From Scenedesmus sp. PABB004 (lineage: Eukaryota): DNA of 64,000 nt. The position numbers were made by a program, and so were the translations under genes. A model generated the notes under the pieces. That model saw nothing but the letters and a program-made list of their open reading frames with translations. It was not told the DNA's origin and did no database searches. Location: the NCBI GenBank assembly GCA_014905635.1, contig CM026547.1:1488001-1552000 (forward strand). The letters run 5' to 3'. This document shows, one piece after another, positions 23,530 through 36,800 of this stretch (positions are counted from its first letter, which is position 1; each line of letters opens with the position of its first letter).

Positions 23530-24144
23530 GGCCGCCGCCGCACGCGGCTGTACACCAGGCCCGGCGCGCGGCGCGGCGCGGCGCGGCGGGCGGCGAAGAG
23601 TCTCTCCGCACCAAAACACGCGCAGAGCGCCGGCCGCCGGCGGCGGCGCGCCTCGGGGCGCGCTCGCGGGCGGGGCGGGTCGGGGCGGGGGGCGTCACGG
23701 GGCGCGGGGGGGGGGGGGGGGGCTTCCGTTTGCTCTGGCTGGCCGCGGCGGCACTGCCTGGTGCGCGTCGCAGCAGCATTTTTGCCCAGTGCGTTGGCCG
23801 GTCGGGCGCGCGTGCGGCGGCGGCGGCACGTTTCGCGCGCGTGGGCGGGCGGCCACGCCGTGCCGCCCCGCGTCTGCTCTCTCTTTTTGATGACACACAC
23901 GCGTTAACGGCAGGGGGCTGCGCCTGCGTCGGCAGCGCTGCCGTTGTACATGCTGGGCTGGGTCGCGGTGCGGTCCCTGCCGCGCCGCGCGGGCCGACCT
24001 GGAACTTGGCCGCCCAGAGGGGCGGCCCGCTGCTCGCGAGCGTTGATCGACTAGGCAGGCGGGGATTGTCGCATTTATGACTGGCGCGGGGCGGTGGGCG
24101 TGCGTAATCGGTCACGAACGCCTCTGCGGTGCTCTCTCCTGGGC

Positions 24145-24747
24145 AGCAGCAGCTGCAGCGACGGCAGCAGCTGCGGCAGCAGGAGCGGGAGCGGCGCTGA
24201 GCTGAGCGCGCCCAGCAGCGTGCGGCTGCTGCCGCGGTGCAGCAGCCGGTCCGCCGCCGCTGCTGGGCGAGGAGGAGCTGCAGCTGCTGCTCTTCTGCGT
24301 GGTGCGGGCGGCAGAGGCCGATCAGCAGCAGAGCCAGCAGCTCGGCGGCGCGGCGTCCCTGCCGGCAGTGCCGCCGTGGTCCGCCGCGCCGCGCTGCGCG
24401 CCGCGTGGCGGTCGTGCGTGGGCTGAGCGCAGCAATGGGCGCAACTGAGTTGTTGGGGCGCAGTAATCGTTGCACGCATTCGCTGGGGCGCAAAGCATCC
24501 GCGCCGGCCGCGGCGCCGCAACCGCTGCGCCGCCGTTGCGCCGCGGCGCGCGGGCCCCGCCGCAGCCCTCACCGCCCGCCCGCGCGGCGCCCCGACACCG
24601 ACACCCGGCTGCCCCGTGCCGTCAAGCCGCCCCCCAGCACCCCGCGCACCGCGCTCGAGCGTTCCGGCACCGCGACACCAGCCAAGGCCGCGAACCAGCC
24701 GGCACCGCGCCGGCGACGGATCCCGCTCCCCTGATCATGGGTCGCAC
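24145..24747 (+). repeat. Left arm of ~600-bp inverted duplication: frameshifted copy of the EF-hand gene 3' end plus the promoter/ATG of the small membrane-protein gene
   Basis: Aligns as reverse complement with 28659-29258. Carries a 17-nt deletion and a 5-nt insertion relative to the intact coding copy. Confidence 0.9.
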
Positions 24748-25287
24748 GGGTGCGGCGTCTCACGGGCACGGCGCCCGCGGTTCCGGGCGGGGCGCATCGC
24801 GGATGCCGACGCGCCCGCCGCGCGCGCACAGGCACGACCACGCACCAGGCGCCGCCTCCCCCCGAGCGCGTCACGCGCGCCTCCACGCACAGCAAGGTCA
24901 TCGGCCTCAGCGCCCGCCACCGCGACCAGCACGCCGCCTCGCCGCGCAAGTCCCACGGCCCCAGCCGCGCTCAGCTCGCCAAGGAGAAGGCACACGCCGG
25001 TGGGGAGACGCCGCGTGCCGCCGGCGCCGGCCGGCGGCCTCGGTGCCGCTGCTGCTGTGCTGCTGCCGCCGCCGGCCGCCGCGCCGGCCGACCGCGCGCC
25101 GCGCCGACGCGCTCTGCCGCGCCCTGCCGGCTGGGCGCAGCAGCCCACCTGCCCGCCCCGCCGCGCGCCGCGCCGCCGCGCAGCCTACCCGTACGGCCGC
25201 GGCGTCTACTGGCTGAGCGTGGTCGCCTTCGTGGCCGTCGTGGCGGCCTGCCTCTACTGGACCGTCGTGCTCGCGAGCACCGCCTGA
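24737..25287 (+). CDS. Small (~94 aa) tail-anchored membrane protein, weakly RAMP4/SERP1-like, 3 exons
   Basis: MGRT-GTTTHQAPPPPERVTRASTHSKVIG...KEKAHA-AYPYGRGVYWLSVVAFVAVVAACLYWTVVLASTA*; GT-AG introns; basic N-terminus and a single C-terminal TM segment. Confidence 0.6.
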
Positions 25288-25463
25288 GCGGCGGCGGCGG
25301 ACGCCGGCGCGCCCGCCCGCGCGCGCACGCGCGGCGGCGGGGCGGCGCCGGCGGCGGCGGCCGCGCGGCGCGCTCGGTCGGTCGGTCGGTCGGTCGGGGC
25401 GCCCGGCCGACCCGCTGCGGCGCCGCGGCGGCGCGAAGCGAAGCGGCGGCAGCAGCGGGCGCG

Positions 25464-27369
25464 ATGAAGCTGCTGCACCAGAGCTTTGTGAAGAACGGGG
25501 AGGGGGAGGTCAAGCTCGTGCCGGAGGAGGGTGCGCGCCGCGCCGCGCAGGCCCGCGCCGCGCCGGCCCGCGCCGCGCCGGCCCGCGGCCGCCTCAGAAG
25601 GCGCGCGCTGTCGGCCGCGCCCGCCGCCAACGCGCCCCCGCGCCCCCGTGCGCGCGCAGCGGAGGACATGTGGGAGGTGTTCAACCTCGTGCGCGGCGGC
25701 GACCGCGTGACGGGCACGACGTTCCGCAAGGTCGCCAAGGAGAGCGGCACCGGCGCGGAGAGCGAGCGCGTCAAGGTGCGGCTCACGCTCGCGGTCGAGG
25801 GCGTGGAGTTTGACCCCGAAGGTGCGCGCGCCGCGGCGGCGGCGCGGGGGCGTCCTCCACTGGCGCGCGGCGCCGCGCGACGCGCGACGCACGGCCGCGC
25901 GCGACGCCGCGCGCCGTGCGCGACGCCGCGCGCCGTGCGCAGGCTCGTCGCTGCGTCTGAAGGGCCGCAACCTGAGCGAGAGCGAGCACATCAAGCTCGG
26001 CGCGTACCACACGCTCGAGCTCGAGCCGGGGCGCGCCTTCACGCTGGCCAAGGCCGAGTGGGACGCGCTCGACGTGGAGCGCCTGCGCACCGCGTGCGAC
26101 CCGCAGGCCTCCGCCGACCTCGCGGCGCTGCTCATCACGGTGCGCGTGCGCGGCGGCGCGTGCGCGCGCGCCCGGGGCGGGCGCGCGGCGGGCGCCGCGC
26201 CCACTCGCCGCCGGCGCCGGCGCCGCGGCCGCGCAGGAGGGCCTGGCGCAGCTGTGCCTGGTCGGCGGCAGCACCACGCTCGTGCGCGCCAAGGTCGAGG
26301 CCAACCTGCCGCGCAAGCGCGGCCCCGCTGTGGCCGGCTACGACAAGGCGTGGGAGAAGTTCATGGATCAGGCGCGCAGCACGCGCAGCACGCGCAGCAC
26401 GCGCAGCACGCGCAGCACGCACAGCGTGCGCAGCGCGCAGCCTGGCGCGGCGGCCGCGGCCGCGGCCCGCACGCATGGCAGCGTGCCCACGCCGCGCCGC
26501 GCCGGGCCGCGCCCCGCCAGGTGTTTGCGGCCGTCGTGCGGCACGTGGACTGGTCGGTGGTCAAGTGCCTGGTGATCGCGGGGCCGGGGTTTGCCAAGGA
26601 CGCGTTTAAGGCCTACCTGGAGGCGCAGGCGGTGCGGCGGGACGTGCGGCCCCTGATCGAGCACAAGGCCGCCATCCTCACCGCACAGGTGCGACGGCCG
26701 CGCCGCGCCGCGCCGCGCAGCCGCGCCCGGCGGCGCCGCGCCGCCGCTCGCCCGCTGGCGCCGCCCGACGCGCGCGCCCGCCGCCCGCGCACTGCACTGC
26801 GCTGCGCCGCGGCGCGCCAGGCGTCGTCGGCGTACAAGCACTCGCTCAAGGAGGTGCTGTCGCTGCCTGCGGTCGCGTCGCGCATCAAGGACACCAAGGC
26901 CGCGCGCGAGAGCGCGGCGCTGGCCGAGTTTTATGCGATGCTCGGCGCCGACAGCAGCCGCGCGTTCTACGGCCCCGGCCACGTGCTCGCGGCGGCCGAG
27001 CTCGGCGCGGTGCAGACGCTGCTCATCTCGGGTGCGCGGCGCGGCGGCGTGCCCCGCGGCGGCAGCAGGGCTGGCGGGCCGGGGCCCGCGCGCCGGCGCG
27101 CCGCGCTGACGCCCGCGCCCGCGCCCGCGGCCGCGCGTGCTGCGCGTGCTGCGCGCGCCGCAGACAAGCTGTTCCGCGTGAACGACGTGGCCAAGCGCCG
27201 CAAGTACGCCGACCTCGTGGAGGGCGTGCGGGGCGGCGGCGGCGAGGCGCTCGTGTTCAGCAGCCTGCACGTGAGCGGGGAGGCGCTGAACAGCCTCAGC
27301 GGCATCGCCGCGCTGCTGCGCTTCCCGCTGCCGGAGCTGGAGGACCAGGAGCTGGTGGAGGAGGCGTGA
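25464..27369 (+). CDS. PELO: Pelota/Dom34 ribosome rescue factor, 7 exons
   Basis: VKLVPEEAEDMWEVFNL, IKLGAYHTLELE, VKCLVIAGPGFAKD, RAFYGPGHV, FSSLHVSGEALNSLSGIAALLRFP. Confidence 0.95.
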
Positions 27370-27528
27370 GTGAGCGGCCGGGGGCGCGCCGCGCGGCAGC
27401 GGCGGCGGCGCTGCGCGGGCGCGTCGTGGCAGGCGCTGGTGACCGACTTGCTTGCCATCACGAGCCCCGCGCTCGGCCGCGAGCTCGCCGCCGTGTCCGA
27501 TATCGGGAGGCCGGGAGGGCGCATTCGA

Positions 27529-27650
27529 TTGCGCCTATTGCGCCCGACACTCCAGGCGCAACAGGCGCAACGCGGCGCGCCCAGGAGGCGGGCCCAGGAG
27601 GCGCTCAGCGCCGAGACGGGCGCCCCCCCCCCGGCGCAACGCGTTGCGCC
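27529..27650. promoter_or_regulatory. Cluster of GGCGCAA inverted repeats/palindromes upstream of the DUF1989 gene
   Basis: 16-bp inverted repeat 27529-27544/27555-27570 (15/16 match) and a perfect 18-bp palindrome GGCGCAACGCGTTGCGCC at 27633-27650. Function is inferred only. Confidence 0.45.
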
Positions 27651-27859
27651 AGTTGCGTTCGACACGCTGACGTCGCGGGCGCCAGGCGTAGCGCTCCGCT
27701 CAGCCCGCGCGCGACCGCCGCGCGGCGCAGCGCGGCGGCGGTCCAGGCAGCAGCAACCCCGCCGAGTGAGGACACCCGCCTGCGGGCCGCATGCCACTCA
27801 CCGACGCGCACGCGCTCTCGTCCGCGCCGCTGCCCGCTCGCTGCTGCACGGCAGCAGCC

Positions 27860-28654
27860 ATGCCGCGCGCCGCCGCCGCTGCTGGTGCCGCTGCCAGGCT
27901 GCGCGCGGCGGCGGGGCGCCCGGGCGGCGCCGGCCCGCTCGCGCAGCTCCTGCGCGGGTGCTGGCTGTCCACGAGCTCGTCGGCGTCGGCTCCCGCCGCC
28001 GGCGCGCCGCCAGCGGGCGCTGGCGTGCGGCGCGTCGACATCCCCGCGTACGGTGGCGCCTGGCTGCCCGTGGGCGCGGGCGAGTTCGTGCGCATCACCG
28101 ACGTGGAGGGCCAGCAGGTGGCCGACATGTTTGCGGCCGTGGCGGGCGACGGCTCCGAGTTCCTGTGCGCCGGCGCGACGCGCGGCGCGGGGCATCGCCT
28201 CTTCCCGCGCCTCGGCGGCGCGTTCTTCAGCAACCGCTTCCGCCCGCTGCTCACGCTCGTCGCCGACACCTCGCCCGGCGTGCACGACATGCTCTGGCGG
28301 CCGTGCGACGCGCACCTCTACGCGCTCGCGGGCATGCCCGCGCCGCACCCGAGCTGCTCCGACAACTTCCGGCGCTGCGCGGCCGAGTTTGGCTGGGCGC
28401 CGGAGCGCGTGCCCGACCCCGTCGACTTCTTCCAGAGCACGCCCGTCGGCGGCGGCGACGACCCGCTCGCGCTGAGCCACGGCACCGCGCCCAGCCGGGC
28501 CGGCGACTGCGTCGTGCTGCGCGCCGAGGCGGCGCTCAACGTGGTGGTCACGTCGTGCTCGTGGGACGTGCCCGGCCACCCGCTCAACGGCGAGCGCTGC
28601 ACGCCCGTGCGCCTGGAGGTGGCGGCCGACGGCGCGGCGTTTGGCGTCGAGTGA
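27860..28654 (+). CDS. DUF1989 (urea carboxylase-associated family) protein, intronless, with organellar presequence
   Basis: GEFVRITDVEGQQVADM, FFSNRFRPLLTLVADTSPGVHDML..C, HPSCSDNF, PDPVDFFQ, SRAGDCVVLRAE, VVVTSCSWD; Arg/Ala/Ser-rich N-terminus. Confidence 0.85.
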   Translation: MPRAAAAAGAAARLRAAAGRPGGAGPLAQLLRGCWLSTSSSASAPAAGAPPAGAGVRRVDIPAYGGAWLPVGAGEFVRITDVEGQQVADMFAAVAGDGSEFLCAGATRGAGHRLFPRLGGAFFSNRFRPLLTLVADTSPGVHDMLWRPCDAHLYALAGMPAPHPSCSDNFRRCAAEFGWAPERVPDPVDFFQSTPVGGGDDPLALSHGTAPSRAGDCVVLRAEAALNVVVTSCSWDVPGHPLNGERCTPVRLEVAADGAAFGVE

Positions 28655-28658
28655 CTTG

Positions 28659-29258
28659 GTGTGGCCCATGATCAGGGGGGGATACGTTGCCGGCGGCGCT
28701 GGTGCGCGCGCTCGCGGGCTGCCAGAACGCACAGCTCGAGCGAGGTGCGCGGTGCTGGGGGGGTGGCTTGACGGCACGGGGCGGCCGGGCGTCGGTGTCG
28801 GGGCGCCGCGCGGGCGGGCGGCGAGGGCTGCGGCGGGGCCCGCGCGCCGCGGCGCGACGGCGGCGCAGCGGTTGCGGCGCCGCGGCCGGCGCGGCTGCTT
28901 TGCGCCGGTGCAACGATTACTGCGCCCGACAACTCAGTCGCGCCCATTGCTGCGCTCAGCCCACGCACGACCGCCACGCGGCGCGCAGCGCGGCGGACCA
29001 CGGCGGCACTGCCGGCAGCGACGCCGCGCCGCCGAGCTGCTGGCTCTGCTGCTGGTCGGACTCTGCCGCCCGCACCACGCAGAAGAGCAGCAGCTGCAGC
29101 TCCTCCTCGCCCAGCAGCGGCGGCGGCCCAGCTGCTGCACCGCGGCAGCAGCCGCACGCGTGCGGCCCGCGCGCGCTGCTGGGCGCGCTCAGCGCGGCGC
29201 CGCTCCCGCTCCTGCTGCTGCTGCCGCCGCTGCTGCTGCCACTGCCGCTGCAGCTGCC
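28659..29258 (-). repeat. Right arm of ~600-bp inverted duplication
   Basis: Reverse complement of 24145-24747. Includes the intact last exon of the EF-hand gene and ends in a relic ATGGGCCACAC beside the DUF1989 stop. Confidence 0.9.
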
Positions 29259-30329
29259 ACGCCGCATGCCCGCCCGCGCGGCGCATCGGCACGCGCGCGC
29301 GCCGGCGCCGGCGCTGCCCGGCGGCTGCCAGCCGACCTGCACGCCGCCAAAGTGCCTGCAACTGCAGGACGTGCAGGCGCAGCAGCGCGGCGGCTCAGCG
29401 CCGGCGGCCGGCGCCGCGGCCGTGCCGCCGGCGAGCTGCAGCTGCTGCGTGGCAGCGGCGAGCCCCGCCAACGGCAGGCCCAGCAGGTCGCAGCAGGAGC
29501 CCAGCCCCGCCAGCGCGCTGCCGACGTGGGCGCCTGCGGCAGCGGCGCCGGTCAACGCAGGCGCCGGCGGCGGGCGCTGCCGGCGCCGCGGCACGCGCAC
29601 CCGCAAACACGCGCCGAATGCTGCCGGCGTGCGCGTGCACCGCGCGCAGCTGCTGGCCCGCGAGACCCGCGCACATCAGCGCCACCAGCAACGTGAACTC
29701 CTGGCAGCCGACCTGCGCGCGCATGCAGGGGGGGGGGCGCATGGGCCCCGCCGGGCGCCGCCCGTCGCCCGCCAGCGGCGCGGCCCAGCCCAGCCAGCGG
29801 CGGCGCCGCGCGGGGGCTTACGAAGCCGCAGCCGTGCACGTCGAGCGCCGCCCACAGGTCCCACGCCCGCCAGGGCGGCAGGTCGGTGAGGCGCGCCAGC
29901 AGCGGCAGCAGGTCGGCGTCGGCCAGCCCGCGCGGCGCGGTGGCGGCGTCCAGCAGCGCGATCGCGGGCAGCCGCGGCAGCGTCGACGCGTGCGCGTCCC
30001 AGTACTGCCGGCGGCGGCGGCGGCGCGAGGACGGGGCAGGGGCGCCGGGCGTCGCAGGCGCCGCGCCGCGGCCGCGAGCGCCGGTTGACCGGCGGCGCCG
30101 CCGTCGCGCCCCCCACCTTGCGGATGCACAGCAGGCCCTCGCTGCTCACGGCGCGCGCGTAGACGTCAACCTCGCCCCGCAGCGCCCTGCCGGCGCGGCA
30201 GCGGCGCCGCGCGCGTGAGGGCGCGCGCCCGGCGCCGGCCGGCCGGCGGCGCGCGCCGCCGCACCGCCCCAGCTGCTGCCTGGAGAGGCCCACGATGGCG
30301 ACGAGCAGCGCCGGGTCACGCAGCTGCAT
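28956..30329 (-). CDS. Degenerate EF-hand protein, EFCAB9-like, at least 5 exons
   Basis: Spliced: ...YARAVSSEGLLCIRK|YWDA...GLADADLLPLLARLTDLPPWRAWDLWAALDVHGCGF|VGCQEFTLLVALMCA...LLGEEELQLLLFCVV. GT-AG introns at 30116-30005, 29821-29713 and 29600-29534. Confidence 0.6.
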
Positions 30330-30750
30330 CGGGCATGCTGGGCCACGGCAGCCGCCGCGCGGCTGCCGCTGCGGCAGGGCGCGGCCTGGGCGGGACGGGG
30401 GCGACGGTGCGTGGGTCGTGGCGGGGTGTGGAGTCGCTCGCGGCGCCTCCGCGCGCGTGGTCAACCGTCGACGCTGCTCCGGTCGCGCGCGCGCGCGTGC
30501 GGCAGGAACTGTGGCCGTTCGCACGAGCATGCACGCCGCCGCTCGGCCCCGAGCCGGCGGGCGAATCGAGCGGCACACCTCCCGCCGCGGTCGTGGCCGC
30601 CCGTGCGCCGGCGGCGCCGCCCGCATGTGTGCGCCGCCGCCGGCAGGCGCCGCCCTGTCCCTCCCTCTCGCAGCGCCGCGCTCGTGGTCCGGCAGCCCCC
30701 AGACCGAACGCCGGGCGAAGCAGCAGCAGCAGCAGCACGCGCCGCCCAAG

Positions 30751-33125
<2,375 letters not shown>

Positions 33126-33818
33126 GCGCGGCGGGCGGGTAACGCGGGCGCACGGGCGAGCGCGCGGCGGCCGAGCGCGGCGGCGACGTCGCGGCGGGCC
33201 GCCGGCGGCAGCGCGGCGCGCGGGCGGCGGCGCGGGCGGCGCACAGCCCTGGCAGCGACCACCACCAGGTCACCGCCTGTGGGGGAGCAGCCGAACCAGC
33301 AACGGCCAACGCGGCCGCCGGTGCGCGGCGGGTTCAGGGCCTGGCGAGCAGCGTCGCGCAAACGCGGCTGGCGGCGCCGGCGCCGGCGCCCGCCCCGGTC
33401 GCCCGACGGCACAGGCGGACGCCCCGCTCCACACCCGCGCCCACCGGCCCGTCGGCGGCACCCTGTTGTTGCTCGCCGGCCCGTTGTTGCTCGCGCCTCG
33501 CCCGCGCTCCCCGCCCCGCCCGCCAGCCCGGCCGCATCGCCCTGCCCCGTCGCCGAGCGTGACCAGCGAGGCCTCCCGCCGTCCGCGGCGCGGCCCGCGC
33601 GCCCTGCGCGAGCGAGAGCTTGCGTGCCGTTGGGGCGCCGGCACGCCCGCGGCCAGGGGCGGCCCGCGGCGGGCCAGAAACGCGCGGGCGGATGGCCCTA
33701 GGCGCGGCTAGCCGGCAGGCGGCGCGGCGCGGCGGCCCGGCCGCGCGGCGCGGCGCGTGAGGGCGCCGAACGCCGAGCGCTCGCTGCTGTCGGCCGGCGG
33801 CGGGCGCGGCGCGCCGCG

Positions 33819-36800
33819 ATGGACGCCCCCAAGGCCCGCGCCCGGTCCAGCCTGTCGGCCTCGGGCGTGGTCTTCCTGACGGAGCGCGCCGGGCGCAAGG
33901 AGCGCGTGTGGGTGGGCGTGCGGCTGCGGCCGCTGCTGGAGGCCGAGCAGCTCGCGCGCGAGCGCGCCGCGTGGCGGCCCGCCGGCGCGGTGGCGCTGCA
34001 GCACGTGGACCCCGACAAGCCGCCCGGTGCGTGCACGCGGCACACCTTTTCGCGCGTCTTCCCCGAGGGCGCGAGCAACGAGGACGTGTACGCCGAGGCG
34101 GCCGCGCCGCTCGTCGCCGCGGCCGCGCTGTGCGGCGCCAACGGCGCGGTGCTCGCGTACGGCCCGACCGGCGCGGGCAAGACGCACACGGTGCAGGGCC
34201 TGCTCGCGGGCGCGGCGCGCGACGTGTTCGCGCTCATCGCCACGGCCGGCGGCGGGCGCGAGTTTGTGGTGCGCCTGTCGGCGCTCGAGGTGTACAACGA
34301 GGTCGTCCGCGACCTGCTGCGCGACAGCAGCCCGGGGCTCAAGCTCGTGGACGACCCGCTGCGCGGCACCGTCGCCGAGGGGCTCACCGAGGCGGGCGTG
34401 CGCTCGCTCGAGCACCTGCGGGCGCTGCTGGCAGAGGTGGAGTCGCGCCGCCAGGTGCGTGCGCGCGCGAGGCCGGCGCTCGCTGGGGCGGGCGCGCGGG
34501 CGGCGGCGCCGCCGGCCGGCCGCCCCGACCGCGCGCCCGCCGGCCGCCGCGCGCAGACGCGCGCGACGCGCATGAACGACAGCAGCAGCCGCAGCCACGA
34601 GGTCGTGCGGCTCTACATCGAGAGCCGGCCCGCCGCCGCCGCAGCCAGCAGCGGCGGCGGCGCCGGCGACGACGAGCAGCCGTCCGCGGAGAGCTCCGCG
34701 GGCGACCTCGCGGCGACGCACGACGCCGGCGCGGGCCTGCGGTCGCCGCCGGGGCGGCGGGCCCGTACGCCGTGACGGCCGCCACGGTCAGCTTTGTCGA
34801 CCTCGCCGGCAGCGAGCGCGCGGCGACGGCCGCCGGTGACGCCGGCGACAAGCAGCGGCAAAAGGAGGTGCGGGCTGACCGCCTGCCGGCCGGCAGCGCG
34901 GCCGGCAGGCGGCCAAGCCGCGAGCAGCTGGCCCCGGCCGCCGCCGACTGCCCGTCCGCCGCCGCGCAGGCGGGCACCATCAACAAGAGCCTGGTCACGC
35001 TCAACTCGGTCATCCGGGCGCTCGCGGACAACCCGGTGCGGCGCGGCGCGCCTGCGCGCCGCCGGGCGCCTGGCGCCCTGGCCCGCTGTCGGGGGGAAGG
35101 GCCTCCGACCCAGTGCCGCCCGCCCCGCCGCAGGGCAAGCGCCACGTGCCGTTCCGGGACTCCAAGCTGACGCGGCTGCTGCAGGCCTCGCTGGCGGGCA
35201 ACAGCCACATGGCGATCATCACGGCCATCTCGCCAGCGGCCAGTGAGCCCGACTGCGCTGCCCGGCGCGCCGCGGCGCAGCGGCGGCCGCCGCGCGTTCA
35301 GCTGCGCCGCGACCAAAGGCGCCTCTCCCTGACGGCCGCCGCCGCCGCCGCGAGCGTAGGCTCGGTTGACAACACGCGCGCCGCGCTGCACTTGGCCGCC
35401 GCCGCGGGGCGCGTGGTGATGCGGCCGGTCGTCAACCGCATCCCCGCCAGCAAGTCGGTCATGCGGGGCGTGGCAGGCGAGATCAGGCAGCTGCGGCGCC
35501 AGCTGGTGAGCGCCGCGCGGGCTGGCACGGCGGCGCGGCGGTGCGCGCCCGCTCGGCCCCGCTGGGCCGCCGCTTACGCTCGGGTGCCCGCCGCCCGCCG
35601 CCGCGGCGCGCGCCCCAGGCTGACGCCGGCCAGTCGGACGCGGAGCGCAACGCGCTGCGCGGCCAGCTGGAGGGCCTCCAGGCGCAGATCCTTCGCGGCA
35701 GCGGCTCGGCGCACAAGGTGGGTGGCGCGCAGCGCAGCGCAGTGCAGCACGCCCAGGTTATGTGGGCCCGGCTCGGCTCACGTCGCGCTCGCCGCCCGTG
35801 CCGCCGCCGCAGGCGCTGGAGCCGCTGGAGGGCCAGGGCACACGCTGGGAGAACCGCGTGACGCTGGCCAAGGAGCTGCGTGCGTCGTGCACCGGCCTGC
35901 GCAGCTCCTGGGCGCCGGGCGACGCCGCCCCCCGCGCGTCGGCAGCCGCCGGCGGCGGCGGCGTCAGGCCGGCGAGCGCGGCGGTGCGTGCGAGTTCGGC
36001 GGGGCTGGGCCGCTCCATCAGCGCGGCGGCGCGCCAGCTGGACGCGGCCGGCGGCGGCCAGGTGCGGCGCAGCATGCGGCTGCTGGACTGCTACCTGCTG
36101 CGGGACGACGGCGGCGAGCCCGGCGGACGGCCCAGCAGCGGCGGCGGCGCGCAGGAGCAGCCGCAGCAGCGGCAGCAGCAGCAGCTACAGCCACGGCAGC
36201 GGCCCAAGTCGCGGGCGGGGCAGCAGCAGCCCTGGCAGATGGCGGGCTCCTCCATTCTGCAGCAGGCGACCAAGCAGCAGCAGAAGCTGGACGGCGCGGG
36301 CAGCATAGTGCAGACGCTCAGCTTGCAGCAGCAGCAGCAGCAGCAGTTGCCGGGTCAGCCGCCGCGACTCGCGGCGCAGGCGTCGCGGCTCAACCCTGGG
36401 CCCAAGGTCAAGGCGGAGGAGTCGCAGCGCGCGATGCAGATCCAGAAGCTGCAGGTGCGACGCGCGGCGGCGCGCAGTCGGCCCGCGGCGGCTCGGCGTG
36501 CCGCACGCCCACGCCCGCCCGCGCACCCACCGCGCCGCGCCGCAGGAGCCGTCCGGCCCCGAGGCCGAGGCGGCCATGGCGGGGCTGGAGGTGGAGGTGC
36601 GCTGCTACAAGCACGTCCAGGAGTACACGCTTGCCGAGCTCGCGGCGGCGCTGGAGCACCTGGAGTGCCAGCAGGCGGCGGGGCAGGGCATGGGCAGCTG
36701 GAGCGACGACCAGCTCGACGCGCTGCGCAGCGAGGTCGCGCGCAAGCGCGCGGCCGAGGCGCTCACGCAGCTCGGCGACCGCGCGCTCGACGCGCTCAGC

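Noticed and set aside
23886..23960. TGATGA as a possible box C of a C/D snoRNA
   Set aside because: No box D (CTGA) at a suitable distance; it lies in the MFS 3'UTR.
27480..27860. Guanidine riboswitch upstream of DUF1989
   Set aside because: The hairpins lack the paired ACGR tetraloops of guanidine-II and do not resemble the ykkC consensus.
24145..29258. Inverted arms as terminal inverted repeats of a transposon
   Set aside because: The arms are made of host exon and promoter sequence, no transposase lies inside, and no target-site duplication was evident.
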